In this document: piece by piece, positions 13,401-25,068 of the stretch
Position numbering within the stretch: position 1 is the first letter of the stretch
How the letters are laid out: each line of letters starts with the position of its first letter
From: Mytilus edulis
Taxonomy: Eukaryota
NCBI RefSeq assembly: GCF_963676685.1
Contig: NC_092353.1
Span: forward strand, 18,290,001-18,354,000
Direction of reading: 5' to 3'
DNA: 64,000 nucleotides
Notes under the pieces: generated by a model
What the model was told of the DNA's origin: nothing
The model's database searches: none
The model's input: only the letters and a program-made list of their open reading frames with translations
Position numbers and translations under genes: made by a program

Positions 13401-16053
13401 ATCTAAACGACCTTAAACACCTAGAAGTAAAAAGAAATCAAAGTACAGACTTCAACACCGAACAGCAAGATATAAAGGGTCCCCAAATGACAAGTGTAAA
13501 ACCATTTAAATAGGAAAACCAACAGTCTAATCTATATGAAAAGAGATACGAGAAACACTTATGAACATCAACAAACGACAATCACTGAACATCTTTCCTA
13601 GTAGTAAGGTGTTGTTGTTCGAGTAAGCATTTGATCCACATGTCTGGTAAGCACCATCCTAAAATATATTCTTCACTTCATCATCGGTAGCATTTATTCT
13701 AGTTTTGTCAACGGTACCAAAGTGAAACGTAAGTATGACATATATTTTCAATAAACATTACATTTCAATATGTTGTTCGTACAGAAATTAAGTTTAAATC
13801 GTATATTTTGCATTGGGCTCAATACAATTTTCCGTAGTCGCTATGTAAAATCTCAGTCAATGCCATTTTATCAATTTATGTTTCAACAATCTTCATAAAT
13901 ATCATACTTTTTTTTAAACGGAACGGTCGACGGTTTCATAGGATAAAACTAAAAATTCTAAAAGTATAGTTATCTATAAATGTCTATGCTATTTGAACTC
14001 ACTCGAACTGAGGGTATTTTTCTGTTCATACGACTCCCCAAACAACAATTACAAGGGACATTGTAAGTCCCAAGAGCATGACATTCTCCTTAAATGAACC
14101 TACAATTATACATCCACATGCCGTACATGCATGCCTCCGAAAGGGTTTCACTGCCGGATGTTACAAGTACAGGTGTTAATATTTCTTTTCAAAGTCAACC
14201 ATTTGGTTTTGATTGAAAGAAATAGAAAGCAAATGACCAATTTGGGGTTACGTTTACTCACTTTTGAATATTTGCAAAGTTTGCCAAACAATTGCATGAA
14301 AGGTGTCTCAATTTTATACATTTTGATAGCATACTGTGGTTAATTAATACCTTTCTATAAAAGCATTTAATAACATGCAACAATAAACGAGACCTGTTAT
14401 TATGCAGTCTAACATTAATTTATAATAACAGGGTTATGCTTGTAAGATCATTTTCACTTATTGATTGAATATATTAAAGTAGTATTTACTATTTACTTTG
14501 AACTGTCAAAAGTTAAAAAGAAGGATTTAAACGGAAATGTATTTCATCAAAGAAATAAGTTACGCTTGTTCCTTTCATTTTTTCTTGCATATCATTTATT
14601 AAAAGAATGTAAAGATTTGAAATTTTATCAAATTCGACGATTTTAACTATTTTAAAAACAGTCAGTTATATTTAATCAATTTTATCACAGCCGTTTATCC
14701 AAATGTTTGGCTTTCATCGTCTATGTGCATACAGTGAAAACGTTCGACCTTTTTGACGTGCATATCGATTAAATTAAATTTGTCGTAATTAAGCATAATC
14801 ATACATCAGATCAAACATTCCCGAATAATTAATTTTATTTTAAAGCTTTTATACTATTTAGCTTCTTATTCGTGTATCAAATGGTTTGTACTTAGTATCT
14901 GGTCACACAGATATTTGAACATGTTAAAGGCTTTCAAACATCTTTTTCTTGTCTATGTCTAAAGTTACAAGAAGCATCCCGTAGGCTATCATTCATAAAA
15001 TTGAGAATGGAAATGGGGAATGTATATATATGTTTATTCATAGGATGTTTTTCTTGTTATACAACGCATGCCCCCTTTTAATATGTCCTGTAATCCTAAA
15101 TGTTGGTTCTACGGCTATACACAAATCATTACTTATGATAAAATGTCTTATGAACGTAGTGAAGCAAAATAATTTATATTTTTGTAATCATGTCCGGTTT
15201 TGGCTATATGCTTTTGATCCCTTTGGTTTCGCCAGGTCTTTAATTTTTGGGTTATCAAATATTTTTCTCTCGATAATAACTGAAGAGGCATTTATTACCA
15301 AAACGGGCATTTGGTGCAGAAACATTGGTACTGTAAATGCTAATATGTCCTCAGAACACTCGTATACATCATATAATATCTTATGATTGAATTCAGACAA
15401 ATCAACAAAAGAAGCATAACCCTTTTGGTATAGATATATGGTTATTCTTGATTTTCTCTCATACAGAAGTAAAACTATTATAATTAAACTGAGCTATCGA
15501 TATGCTGTGAGGAATGTATAACAGCCACGTCCGGTCGAAATTGTTCTATCCGATGCTAAGGGTATGATGTGTATCACACTCTCCGCAAATTAAAGAAACA
15601 ATGCAAAAATCCTGGTCCGTAGGTGGCCTATTGTAAGGCACCAAATTTCCCATATCAAACAATTTGCAGTAACAATGTAACTTCATCATAGTAGATATAA
15701 CTCGAAAAACCTACCATTTGTATTGTTCTGTATATTCATGGGCTATGTGTTACTGAACTTCAAGAAAAAGGTAGATCAACAATATTAAACTACAAAGCAA
15801 ATTCGAAATGGGGAAATCTATGAGCCTGACGTATATTTTAAAAATAATTTGATTGACTATCGAAATTCACATTGTTCATCTCCCGATTAATTTTGGTTAT
15901 TTTTGTCTTTGCATTGCTGTTTCGTTGCACCTCACATTCCTCATAATCATGAACTATTTGATGAACATTTTGATCACAAGTATTTACAGTAATATGAAAT
16001 ATTAAAGTTTTTATTGTTCAACAATTAATCTCTTTGATCACAATTTCAATACA

Positions 16054-19000
16054 TTATAATTTGTGTACGCTATCTGGTACATTTGTCATATGAGGTGCCG
16101 AAGGATACACAGTATTACACACGTCGTCATTGGGTTGATCATAGTTCTCAGTGTTTGTTTGAGTAGTAGTGTAAGTACTTATTGTACTTGGTGCTTTCAA
16201 ACAAATTATTTCCTTCTGAGGAAGTCTTTGATATCCACTGAAAGTTAAAAGAACAAATTGTCAATTATACAAAACTCCCAAAATTGTCTCATATGTTTCA
16301 TTTGTGTTAGATTTTTTCATTGCTCATGGTATAAAACTATCCATCATAATCTTTTATTTGCTTATTATGCTCACCATAAAAAACGAGCTGCTTATCTTTA
16401 CGGGGAACTTGATCGAGTTCATCATGGTTTGAGATTTGTGTAACTCAATAATAAATTATCTGTAGAAACATATGTCGCGAACTATTATTATTCATTTTTC
16501 CTTTGGTCATTGTGCAGTTTATCAATCTTTGTATCTTTTTATGCTTTGAATTATTAATTGTCAAGTGATTAAATGGTATTTCATGTAAATAACCCGTGGA
16601 ATGAAATATAGAACCGTTTTGCCTCAACTCTCGCCAACTCTTTAACTATTTTCTTTGGTGTATTTTGTTTTAACAACATGTGCAATGAATACGGAAATAC
16701 TTTGTTTTGATTTTAATTTGCAAATACGTCGCACCTGTTTTTGGACAGAAAAACACTATAAGAATCTTGATTTTAGGCTGGTCTCGAATGAGATAATTAA
16801 GAAAGCAGGCTTTCTTTTTTCGATTATTTTCTATCATTTCTCTTTTTCATGGTTGACACCAATAGACCTTAAATTTTCATCAATAAGCCTCACCTTGTTC
16901 TCTTGCATCCGTATGTTATAATCACAGCTAAGGTAATAACAAATACGAGAAACACTGCACCAGACGATACTGCCACTGTGTGCCACAACTTCCATTCGTT
17001 TTGTGCTAGATTTGTATAGAATAATTCGACAAACTAAATTGACAATAATGATAAACAAAAGTTAAGATATATCACCTAATAATTACTCCAATAAAATAAT
17101 TTCTCTCTTATCTTCTCAGCTGTTTTATGACTTATGACTCAGTAAATACTTAGTTGGCTCGAATGCCCCGCATCTACTGTTGCTTTAATAAATTCGAATA
17201 ATCATCTTCAATAAACATTTTTTTCTTCATTCCATCCAATAGACCCAGCTGTTAATTTAGACATATTTTCATGAAGTCAATCATTACAGCTTTTGTTAAG
17301 TAGCAAAATTTGTCATGAAAACATGATGAAACCTATATATCTTTGCATGGTGATGTGAAGTAAATACTACGTACCATGCTGACATGTATCGCCATGAAAA
17401 CATTCCTGACAAAGACATCCGGGCATGTTACCAACAGCTACACATGATCCACCATTCTGACATTCTCGTGAACAAGTAGCTTAAATGTAAAGAATAGAAA
17501 GAATATCGGTCGAGACGATATTTAATATAAAAACTTCAAAGCATAGTACATTTCAATTATTAATGGGGTTTTACTTTCATTTAACACAAAACACACTTCT
17601 TTTAGGGAAAATCGTATGAATTATGGAATACTGAATTTATTTTAAGTAACATTGTTAAAATAATAATAACTCTATAATTTGTTGTTACAAAACTATTGTT
17701 AATCAGTTTGTTTCTTCTGGACATAGCGCATATTTAGAACGAACTCCTTCCTTAAAAACCCTTTCTAAATTATCTCATTCGACACTAGCCTAAAATCAAG
17801 ATTCGGCTTAATATACTAAAATCTGTAACTTAGTTATTCAATCTTAAGTCACTATATCTACATAGATAGTTATATCTTATTTTCAAACATTTCATTATAC
17901 TTACGTACTGTACATTGTCCAGATCCATCTCGTCCCCACCCTAAACAGCATTCTTCTATTTGATGATAACGAATGGCGTATTTTTGTTTAGGAGTGAAAC
18001 ATGTTTGTATTCTGTAATGGTAAATTCAAAATTTAAAGCTTAAACAGTCTCAGTATTTTCAATCTCTTGTCATGTATACTGTGATTGTCCCTTTCAGAGG
18101 TATTGTCATTCGCTTCTTGCTATAACGTTTTTTTTTTTAATTTATTTTCGTTCCTTATAGTTAACTGTACATTTTTAGATTGTTTTTCTCGTTCATGTTG
18201 TAAGGAATTACAATTTGACACGTTGAAATGGCGGTATTTTCAAATTTTAGGGTTTTCGTTTTTTCCTGGCATTTACATCTTATGTGTGTACTTAAAAATT
18301 CCAAAGATCTTTTAGAGTACATACAATCTAACTCTCTTTCATCTTGTAACAGTATTAAAACATTTGACTTTTCTACTCTTTACACTAGTATTCCACATTC
18401 CAAACTAAAAGACAAATTGAAAGGGTTGGTATAGCTTTGCTTCATTAAAAAGAATGGCCAACGTAGATACAAGTATCTTGTTTTAGGGGGGAGGGGATAA
18501 ATCCTACTTTGTAAAGGATCACTGTGATTCAAACAAAAAATTCTCTGAAACTGATATTATCAAGATGCTTGATTTCTTGATTGACAACATATTTGTTACG
18601 TTCGGAGGACGTGTTTTTCAACAGAATGTCGGCATTCCAATGGGAACAAACTGTGCCCCTCTACTTGCCGACTTGTTTCTTTATTATAATGAGGTTAACC
18701 TCATGCAGGAACTTCTTGGGAAGAAAGATAAGAAGTTAGCAATATCCTTTAACTCTACTTTCTGCTATATAGATGATGCTCTTTCACTAAATAATTCAAA
18801 ATTTGGAGACTATGTGGAACGCATCTATCCCATCGAGCTAGAGATAAAGGATACTACAGATACAGTTGAGTCGGCCTCATATCTTGACTTACATCTAGAA
18901 ATTGACAATGAGGGTCGGTTGAAAACAAGACTTTACGACAAAAGAGATGATTTCAGCTTTCCAATTGTCAACTTTCCATTTCTAAGTAGCAACATTCCAG

Positions 19001-22000
19001 CAACACCTGCATACGGGGTATACATCTCCCAATTGATACGATATTCCCGTGCTTGCATTTCCTATCATGATTTTCTTGAGAGAGGGTTGCTGCTCACAAG
19101 GAAGCTATTAAACCAAGAGTTCCAAATTTCCAAATGGTGAAGTTGAAATTACCCCTTCGTAAATTTTACGGACGCCATCACGAGTTGGTTGACCGTTATG
19201 GAATAACCGTTTCACAAAAATATCGGATATGTTCCTTACGTCGTAACTACAATCCCCTTCCCGTTCATGAATTTGACCTACCGAATAAGACTATTTACCG
19301 GATTTGTTATCACATAAGCAACACGACGGATGTCACATGTGGAGCAGGATCTGCTTACCCTTCCGGAGCACCTGAGATCACCCCTAGTTTTTTGATGGAG
19401 TTCGTGTTGTTTATTCTTTAGTTTTCTATGTTGTGTCATGTGTGCTGTTGTTTGTTTGTCTTTTTTCATTTTTTAGCCATGGCGTTGTCAGTTTGTTTAA
19501 GATTTATGAGTTTGACTGTCACTTTGATATCTTTCGTCCCTCTTTTATACGGAGTTTTAATGTCACATCCGTATCAAAGTGAGACACCAAGATAACCCTT
19601 GCGCACATCTTTATCAAACTGAGACAACAATATAAACCTTCCGCCCATCTTTATAATTGGTTTTGCTTTAAACAAATTTAAAAGATCTTCATATCCAAGA
19701 ATTAGATCATGTAATTGTGAAAACTTGGTATTATTAAAGATGCAGTCTTAAAGAAAAATGAAATGGATAAGGTTTCCTAGAATTATCTACAATATTCCAT
19801 TCTCCACACGCATAGATTTTGAGATATTATGTTTACCGATATTTTGTACACCTCCTCCAATCAAGATGCCCACAGCTGGTTGTATATCTCTCCTGACATA
19901 TGAAAGCCTGATTGTACGATGTAAGATAATTCTCAGCTCGCTCTCTTGTACAAACATGCCTGAAAAAGTTTTAAATTGACATATTTGATTCAGAAACTAA
20001 ATGAAAAGGATCGGAGAGCTGGCAAAACATATTATTTGATTGCGACAACTACCTACCAGAGACCAAAGGAAGAGGATGTTATACATTTATTTCCCGTGAA
20101 ACAAATCTTCATATCTCACGAAACTAAGGGAAATTAATGTTTTATTCCACTGCCTTTACTTTTTTTTACTTATGATTTTTAAAATTTACTTAATTGTTTT
20201 CTTATCCAACATACACAATGATAATCAGTACCGATTTAAAGTTAATTATTTATCTATTGTTTTCTACTTGTTTTTAGATTGGAAATAATTTTTTAAACAA
20301 AACGTATCAAAATGTTTTATTCAAACATTAACCGTGGGTAACATCGCACAAGGCAATCCCGACGTTCAGAGGGGAATATGAAGTTTTGTTCGACGTCACG
20401 TAGAATAGTTTCAACCAATCAGATGTTGATTTCGCTATCAAAATCAATAAGTGAGCCATAACCCTCAATTCCACATGATACAAACGTTGTGCTTAATATC
20501 CTTATAACTACATCTATACCTCTGCTGGTGAACGGTAACTCCCCGAGTATACAATCCAACTTTATAACTACATCTATACCTCTGCTGGTGAACGGTAAGT
20601 CCCCGAGTATATAACCCAACTTATAACTACATCCATACCTCTGCTGGTGAATGGTAAGTCCCCGAGTATACAATCCAACTTATAACTACATCTATACCTC
20701 TGCTGGTGAATGGTAAGTCCCCGAGTATACAATCCAACTTATAACTACATCTATACCTCTGCTGGTGAATGGTAAGTCCCCGAGTATATAACCCAACTTA
20801 TAACTACATCCATACCTCTGCTGGTGAATGAAAAGTCCCCAAGTATATAACCCAACTTATAACTACATCCATACCTCTGCTGGTGAATGGTAAGTCCCCG
20901 AGTATATAACCCAACTTATAACTACATCCATACCTCTGCTGGTGAATGAAAAGTCCCCGAGTATATAACCCAACTTATAACTACATCTATACCTCTGCTG
21001 GTGAATGGTAAGTCCCCGAGTATACAATCCAACTTATAACTACATCTTTAACTCTGCTGGTGAATGGTAAGTCCCCGAGTATATAACCCAACTTATAACT
21101 ACATCTATACCTCTGCTGGTGAATGGTAAGTCCCCGAGTATACAATCCAACTTATAACTACATCTATACATCTGCTGGTAAATGGTGAATCCCTGAGTAT
21201 ACAATCCAACTTTATAACTACATCTATACCTCTGCTGGTGAACGGTAAGTCCCCGAGTATAACAATCTAACTTATAACTACATCTATACCTCTGCTGGTG
21301 AACGGTAAGTCCCCGGGTATATAACCAAACTTATAACTACATCTATACCTCTGCTGGTGAATGGTAAGTCCCCGAGTATATAACCCAACTTATAACTACA
21401 TCTATACCTCTGCTGGTGAATGGTAAGTCCCCGAGTATACAATCCAACTTATAACTACATCTATACCTCTGCTGGTGAATGGTGAATCCCTGAGTATACA
21501 ATACAACTTTATAACTACATCTATACCTCTGCTGGTGAACGGTAAGTCCCCGAGTATAACAATCTAACTTATAACTACATCTATACCTCTGCTGGTGAAC
21601 GGTAAGTCCCCGGGTATATAACCAAACTTATAACTACATCTATACCTCTGCTGGTGAATGGTAAGTCCCCGAGTATACAATCCAACTTATAATTACATCT
21701 ATACGTCTGCTGATGAATGGTATTTCCGGGAGTATATAACCCAACTTATAACTACATATATACCTCTGCTGGTGAACGGTAAGTCCCCGAGTATACAATC
21801 CAACTTATAACTACATCTATACCTCTGCTGGTGAACGGTAAGTCCCCGAGTATACAATCCAACTTATAACTACTTCTATACCTCTGCTGGTGAACGGTAA
21901 GTCCCCGAGTATACAATCCAACGTATAACTACATCTTTACCTCTGCTGGTGAACGGTAAGTCCCGATAATACAATCCAACGTATAACTACATCTATACCT

Positions 22001-22904
22001 CTGCTGGTGAACGGTAAGTCCCAGAGTATACAATCCAACTTATAACTACATCTATACCTCTGCTGGTGAACGGTAAGTCCCCGAGTATACAATCCAACTT
22101 ATAACTTCATCTATACCTCTGCTGGTGAACAGTAAGTCCCCGAGTAAACACTCCCACGTATAACTACATCTATAACTCTGCTGGTGAATGGTTAGTCCCC
22201 GAGTATACACTCCAACTTATAACTACATCTTTTCCTCTGCTGGTGAACGGTAAGTCCCCGAGTATACAATCCAACTTATAACTTCATCTATACCTCTGCT
22301 GGTGAACGGTAAGTCCCCGAGTATACACTCCAACTTATAACTACATCTATACCTCTGCTAGTGAACGGTAAGTTCCCGAGTATACAATCCAACTTATAAC
22401 TACATCTATAACTCTGCTGGTGAATGGTAAGTTATTAACTACAACTTAAGTTCGGTCATGATTAAATTGATACGTCATCAATTGATAAATTATGTAATTT
22501 TACTAGAACTATTTTGCCTGTTCTCATTAGGCATGTTAGGTCCTTCGTCCTTAGTTGTTTTATGTGTTTTTTTGCATCTTTACCTTTTGGCTTCCATTGT
22601 TTCTAAAAGCTAAGTTTTTCTAGAAGCGTGTACGTGGAATTGAAATGTATTTGCCACTTGACATTGAACAAACAAAAATAAATCCTACATTTTATTTTGT
22701 ATTTAATAAATACATTTATAAATCAGTACAGTTTTTATCTTTCAGCAGATAATAATTGTATTTACATAGATGCAAACAAAGCAGTTCTAAACAGTACAAT
22801 TTAATAAGAGTAAATTCTTGTACTCACCCCGATAAGCAAGCCAAATGGTACATACAATCCATAACAATAAGTACTAAAAGTTCCAGCTTAATGCATATTT
22901 CCAT
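16054..22904 (-). CDS. Gene E: small type-I membrane protein, signal peptide + EMI domain + single EGF + TM + cytoplasmic tail (235 aa, 6 exons); EMI/EGF receptor-like (MEGF10/Draper/EGFL7-type modules)
   Basis: Exons 22904-22828, 19959-19837, 18011-17905, 17479-17375, 17005-16894, 16237-16054. All GT-AG with matching phases, 708 nt in total. Translation: MEICIKLELLVLIVMDCMYHLACLSG-HVCTRERAENYLTSYNQAFICQERYTTSCGHLDWRRCTKYR-IQTCFTPKQKYAIRYHQIEECCLGWGRDGSGQCTVP-TCSRECQNGGSCVAVGNMPGCLCQECFHGDTCQHA-QNEWKLWHTVAVSSGAVFLVFVITLAVIITYGCKRTS-GYQRLPQK...VYPSAPHMTNVPDSVHKL*. Not represented in the ORF track. Exon 1 is the least certain. Confidence 0.85.
18283..19547 (+). mobile_element. 5'-truncated, decayed Penelope-like retroelement (reverse transcriptase pseudogene) in intron 2 of gene E, antisense
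   Basis: RT motifs IKTFDFSTLYTSIPH, GIPMGTNCAPLLADLFL, CYIDD, LYDKRDDFSFPIVNFPFLSSNIP and YGVYISQLIRY across ORFs 18228-18434, 18565-19140 and 19134-. In-frame stop at ~18432. Frameshifts at the G-run ~18486-18496 and at the TTCCAAAT duplication ~19120-19135. Confidence 0.9.
20501..22440. repeat. Minisatellite, 59-60 bp unit (TTATAACTACATCTATACCTCTGCTGGTGAA[TC]GGTAAGTCCCCGAGTATACAATCCAAC), ~33 copies, in intron 1 of gene E
   Basis: Directly visible, highly homogeneous tandem array with sharp edges. Confidence 0.97.
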
Positions 22905-24599
22905 GACTTTTCATATGGCATGCACCTCGTATGTGCGTTTATTGTATATCGTTCTTATTTTTAAATTGATATTATTTCCATAACTATCAATCTCAATCTT
23001 ATTATCTTCATAGTGTGTTTATTTACTACTTCATGAATTTTCACCTGTTCTATAAGTACTAATTCAACTTTCTGATTAGATATCTGAATATGGAATAAAA
23101 GGTTTTGATAGACAATCTCAAGTAGATCCAATGTGATAGAAGGCCACCACGTAGACAGCTGTAACTTCCAAATAAACCTAAAATGCTTGCAGTGGTTTCT
23201 TTTATTTGTATCGTTATGAATGTTATTGAGATTTGAACAAGTTTACTGTAAATTGACTATTTTTGTATTTTTTTAAAATATTGTACTAACCTTTTTAGAC
23301 TTCAGGGTCATTTTAGAAGACTCTTTGAAAACTTTGTGTTGAGCCCCAGATGTGATTTTATTTTCATTTTGTTCTTAAGTTTCTATATCACTGACTTAGA
23401 CCGCCTATTCCCCTCATTATAACAAGCAAAATAATCGAATATAACTAGAAAACTACATACTCTCTTCTCTGCCAAAAATATAAAAACAAACAAACAAAAG
23501 TGGACGCCTTTGTAACACTGCTGATGAGTGTATGGTCTACAATTCGTATTGATATGAAGATAGCATTAAGAGTAATAAAAGATAGACATAGTTACATTTT
23601 ATTCTAATTTTCAGGGTTAAAGAAATGGATTGGTATCACATTTTCATTTTAGAGTAACAGAAATGTGAAAGAACAGTGCCACACCTTTAAATAAGATTAA
23701 AAATTCCAAAAGAGTAGTTTGAGAGCAAATAAGGAAACCTATCAATTTCCCCTGAAAATTCCTATGATCTGTAGGAATTACCTGTATTATTATTGACCAA
23801 TCCGTCATGTAAAGAATTCCCTCCTTTTCAATTCCTGACTATCAAATACATCAGCCTATATATTTGAATGGGAATAACTTGACAACTTCCAGATATACAG
23901 CCGAGACAGGAATATGGAGAAGAGATGTATTTATTTACCCCAGAATATCATTTGGTAATTCCGCTCGTCTGCATGTATATATATACGGTATATGGTTTCT
24001 ATGTCTAAATAGTCTTACAGGTGTTTTTTTTTAACTAAACCCTTTTATTTTGCAGAATAGTTTAACACATACTAATATAATAAGAATAAGCATACTGACG
24101 AGATTTTGATTCTCATAATTTTAAATGGTTGTTAAACTTTGTCAAGTATAATTTGATTATTTGAAAATGTGCATGGTTTGTAAATATATCTACTCGAGCA
24201 TTTTCAACCTTGAACGTGTAATTTTATATGCAATTCGTAAATATACTCAAGCCCAAAAACTTCTAGTTGTTGAAATTAATAAAACATTGAGTAATTTCAA
24301 ATTTAGGTACATGATTTGTTAGAATAAAGATAACTTGCATTATCCTATTATTCATAACACATGTTCACATAATATTTATCTGCAACTAACAAAATCCAGT
24401 ATTCCATGTTTGTATTAGTCCTTTTCAATGGGGTTGAGTTTTCGATCTTATGCCAATTTATGTTTTCCATTGCCTGTACATTGTCTCTTTTTGTCCAAGA
24501 CACAAACTTGTCTAGTATTGAAGAACGTATGCTGATCTCTAGATACCTTTTGGTTACATATTTGTGTAGTTGAATTGATGATTTGAATGATTACAGTTC

Positions 24600-24820
24600 A
24601 TTACTGTATACTTATTTCTATGTGAGAGGGTCAGCGCTATAAAACCAGGTTTAATCCACCATTTTCTACATTTGAAAATGCCTGTAGCAAGTCAGGAATA
24701 TGACAGTTCTTTTCCATTCGTTTTTGATGCGTTTGGTTATTTGTTTTGCCATGTGATTATTGATTTTCCGAATTGATTTTCCTCTAAGTTCAGTATTTTT
24801 GTGATTTTACTTTTTTCTAT
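24600..24820 (+). mobile_element. Dispersed repeat family (GTACCAAGTCAGGAATATGACAG... motif)
   Basis: Homologous segments at ~49060-49390 and ~54430-54540. Confidence 0.6.
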
Positions 24821-25068
24821 TTTGATCAATTTGGGATGTTATACCCATATCTATTTTTATTAATTTGGGATGCACTTTTTAAATGAAAAAGAGACCAACC
24901 TTGACCATAGAAGCAACAGTTATGAGTTTCTTCACTGGAATTGTCAATTAGAAAATAGATGTAAAAATAGTTGGAATGGTTTAACTATCTTTTGTAAACA
25001 TAATGTGTAGTTAAAGAAGTTTTTGAAGTTATAACAAAGCAGACAGTAGCGTTTAATTAAATATATTC

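Noticed and set aside
15030-15400. 118-aa and 70-aa overlapping ORFs
   Set aside because: No domain features or splice context. Likely chance ORFs over a decayed repeat.
20501-22440. Possible CRISPR-like array or mucin-type coding repeat in gene E
   Set aside because: No unique spacers, eukaryotic context and no cas genes. The 59-bp unit shifts frame and has stops. Gene E splices in frame without it.
23780-23972. Exon-like minus-strand segment between paralog A and gene E
   Set aside because: Stop codons in all three frames. At most a UTR exon, and unsupported.
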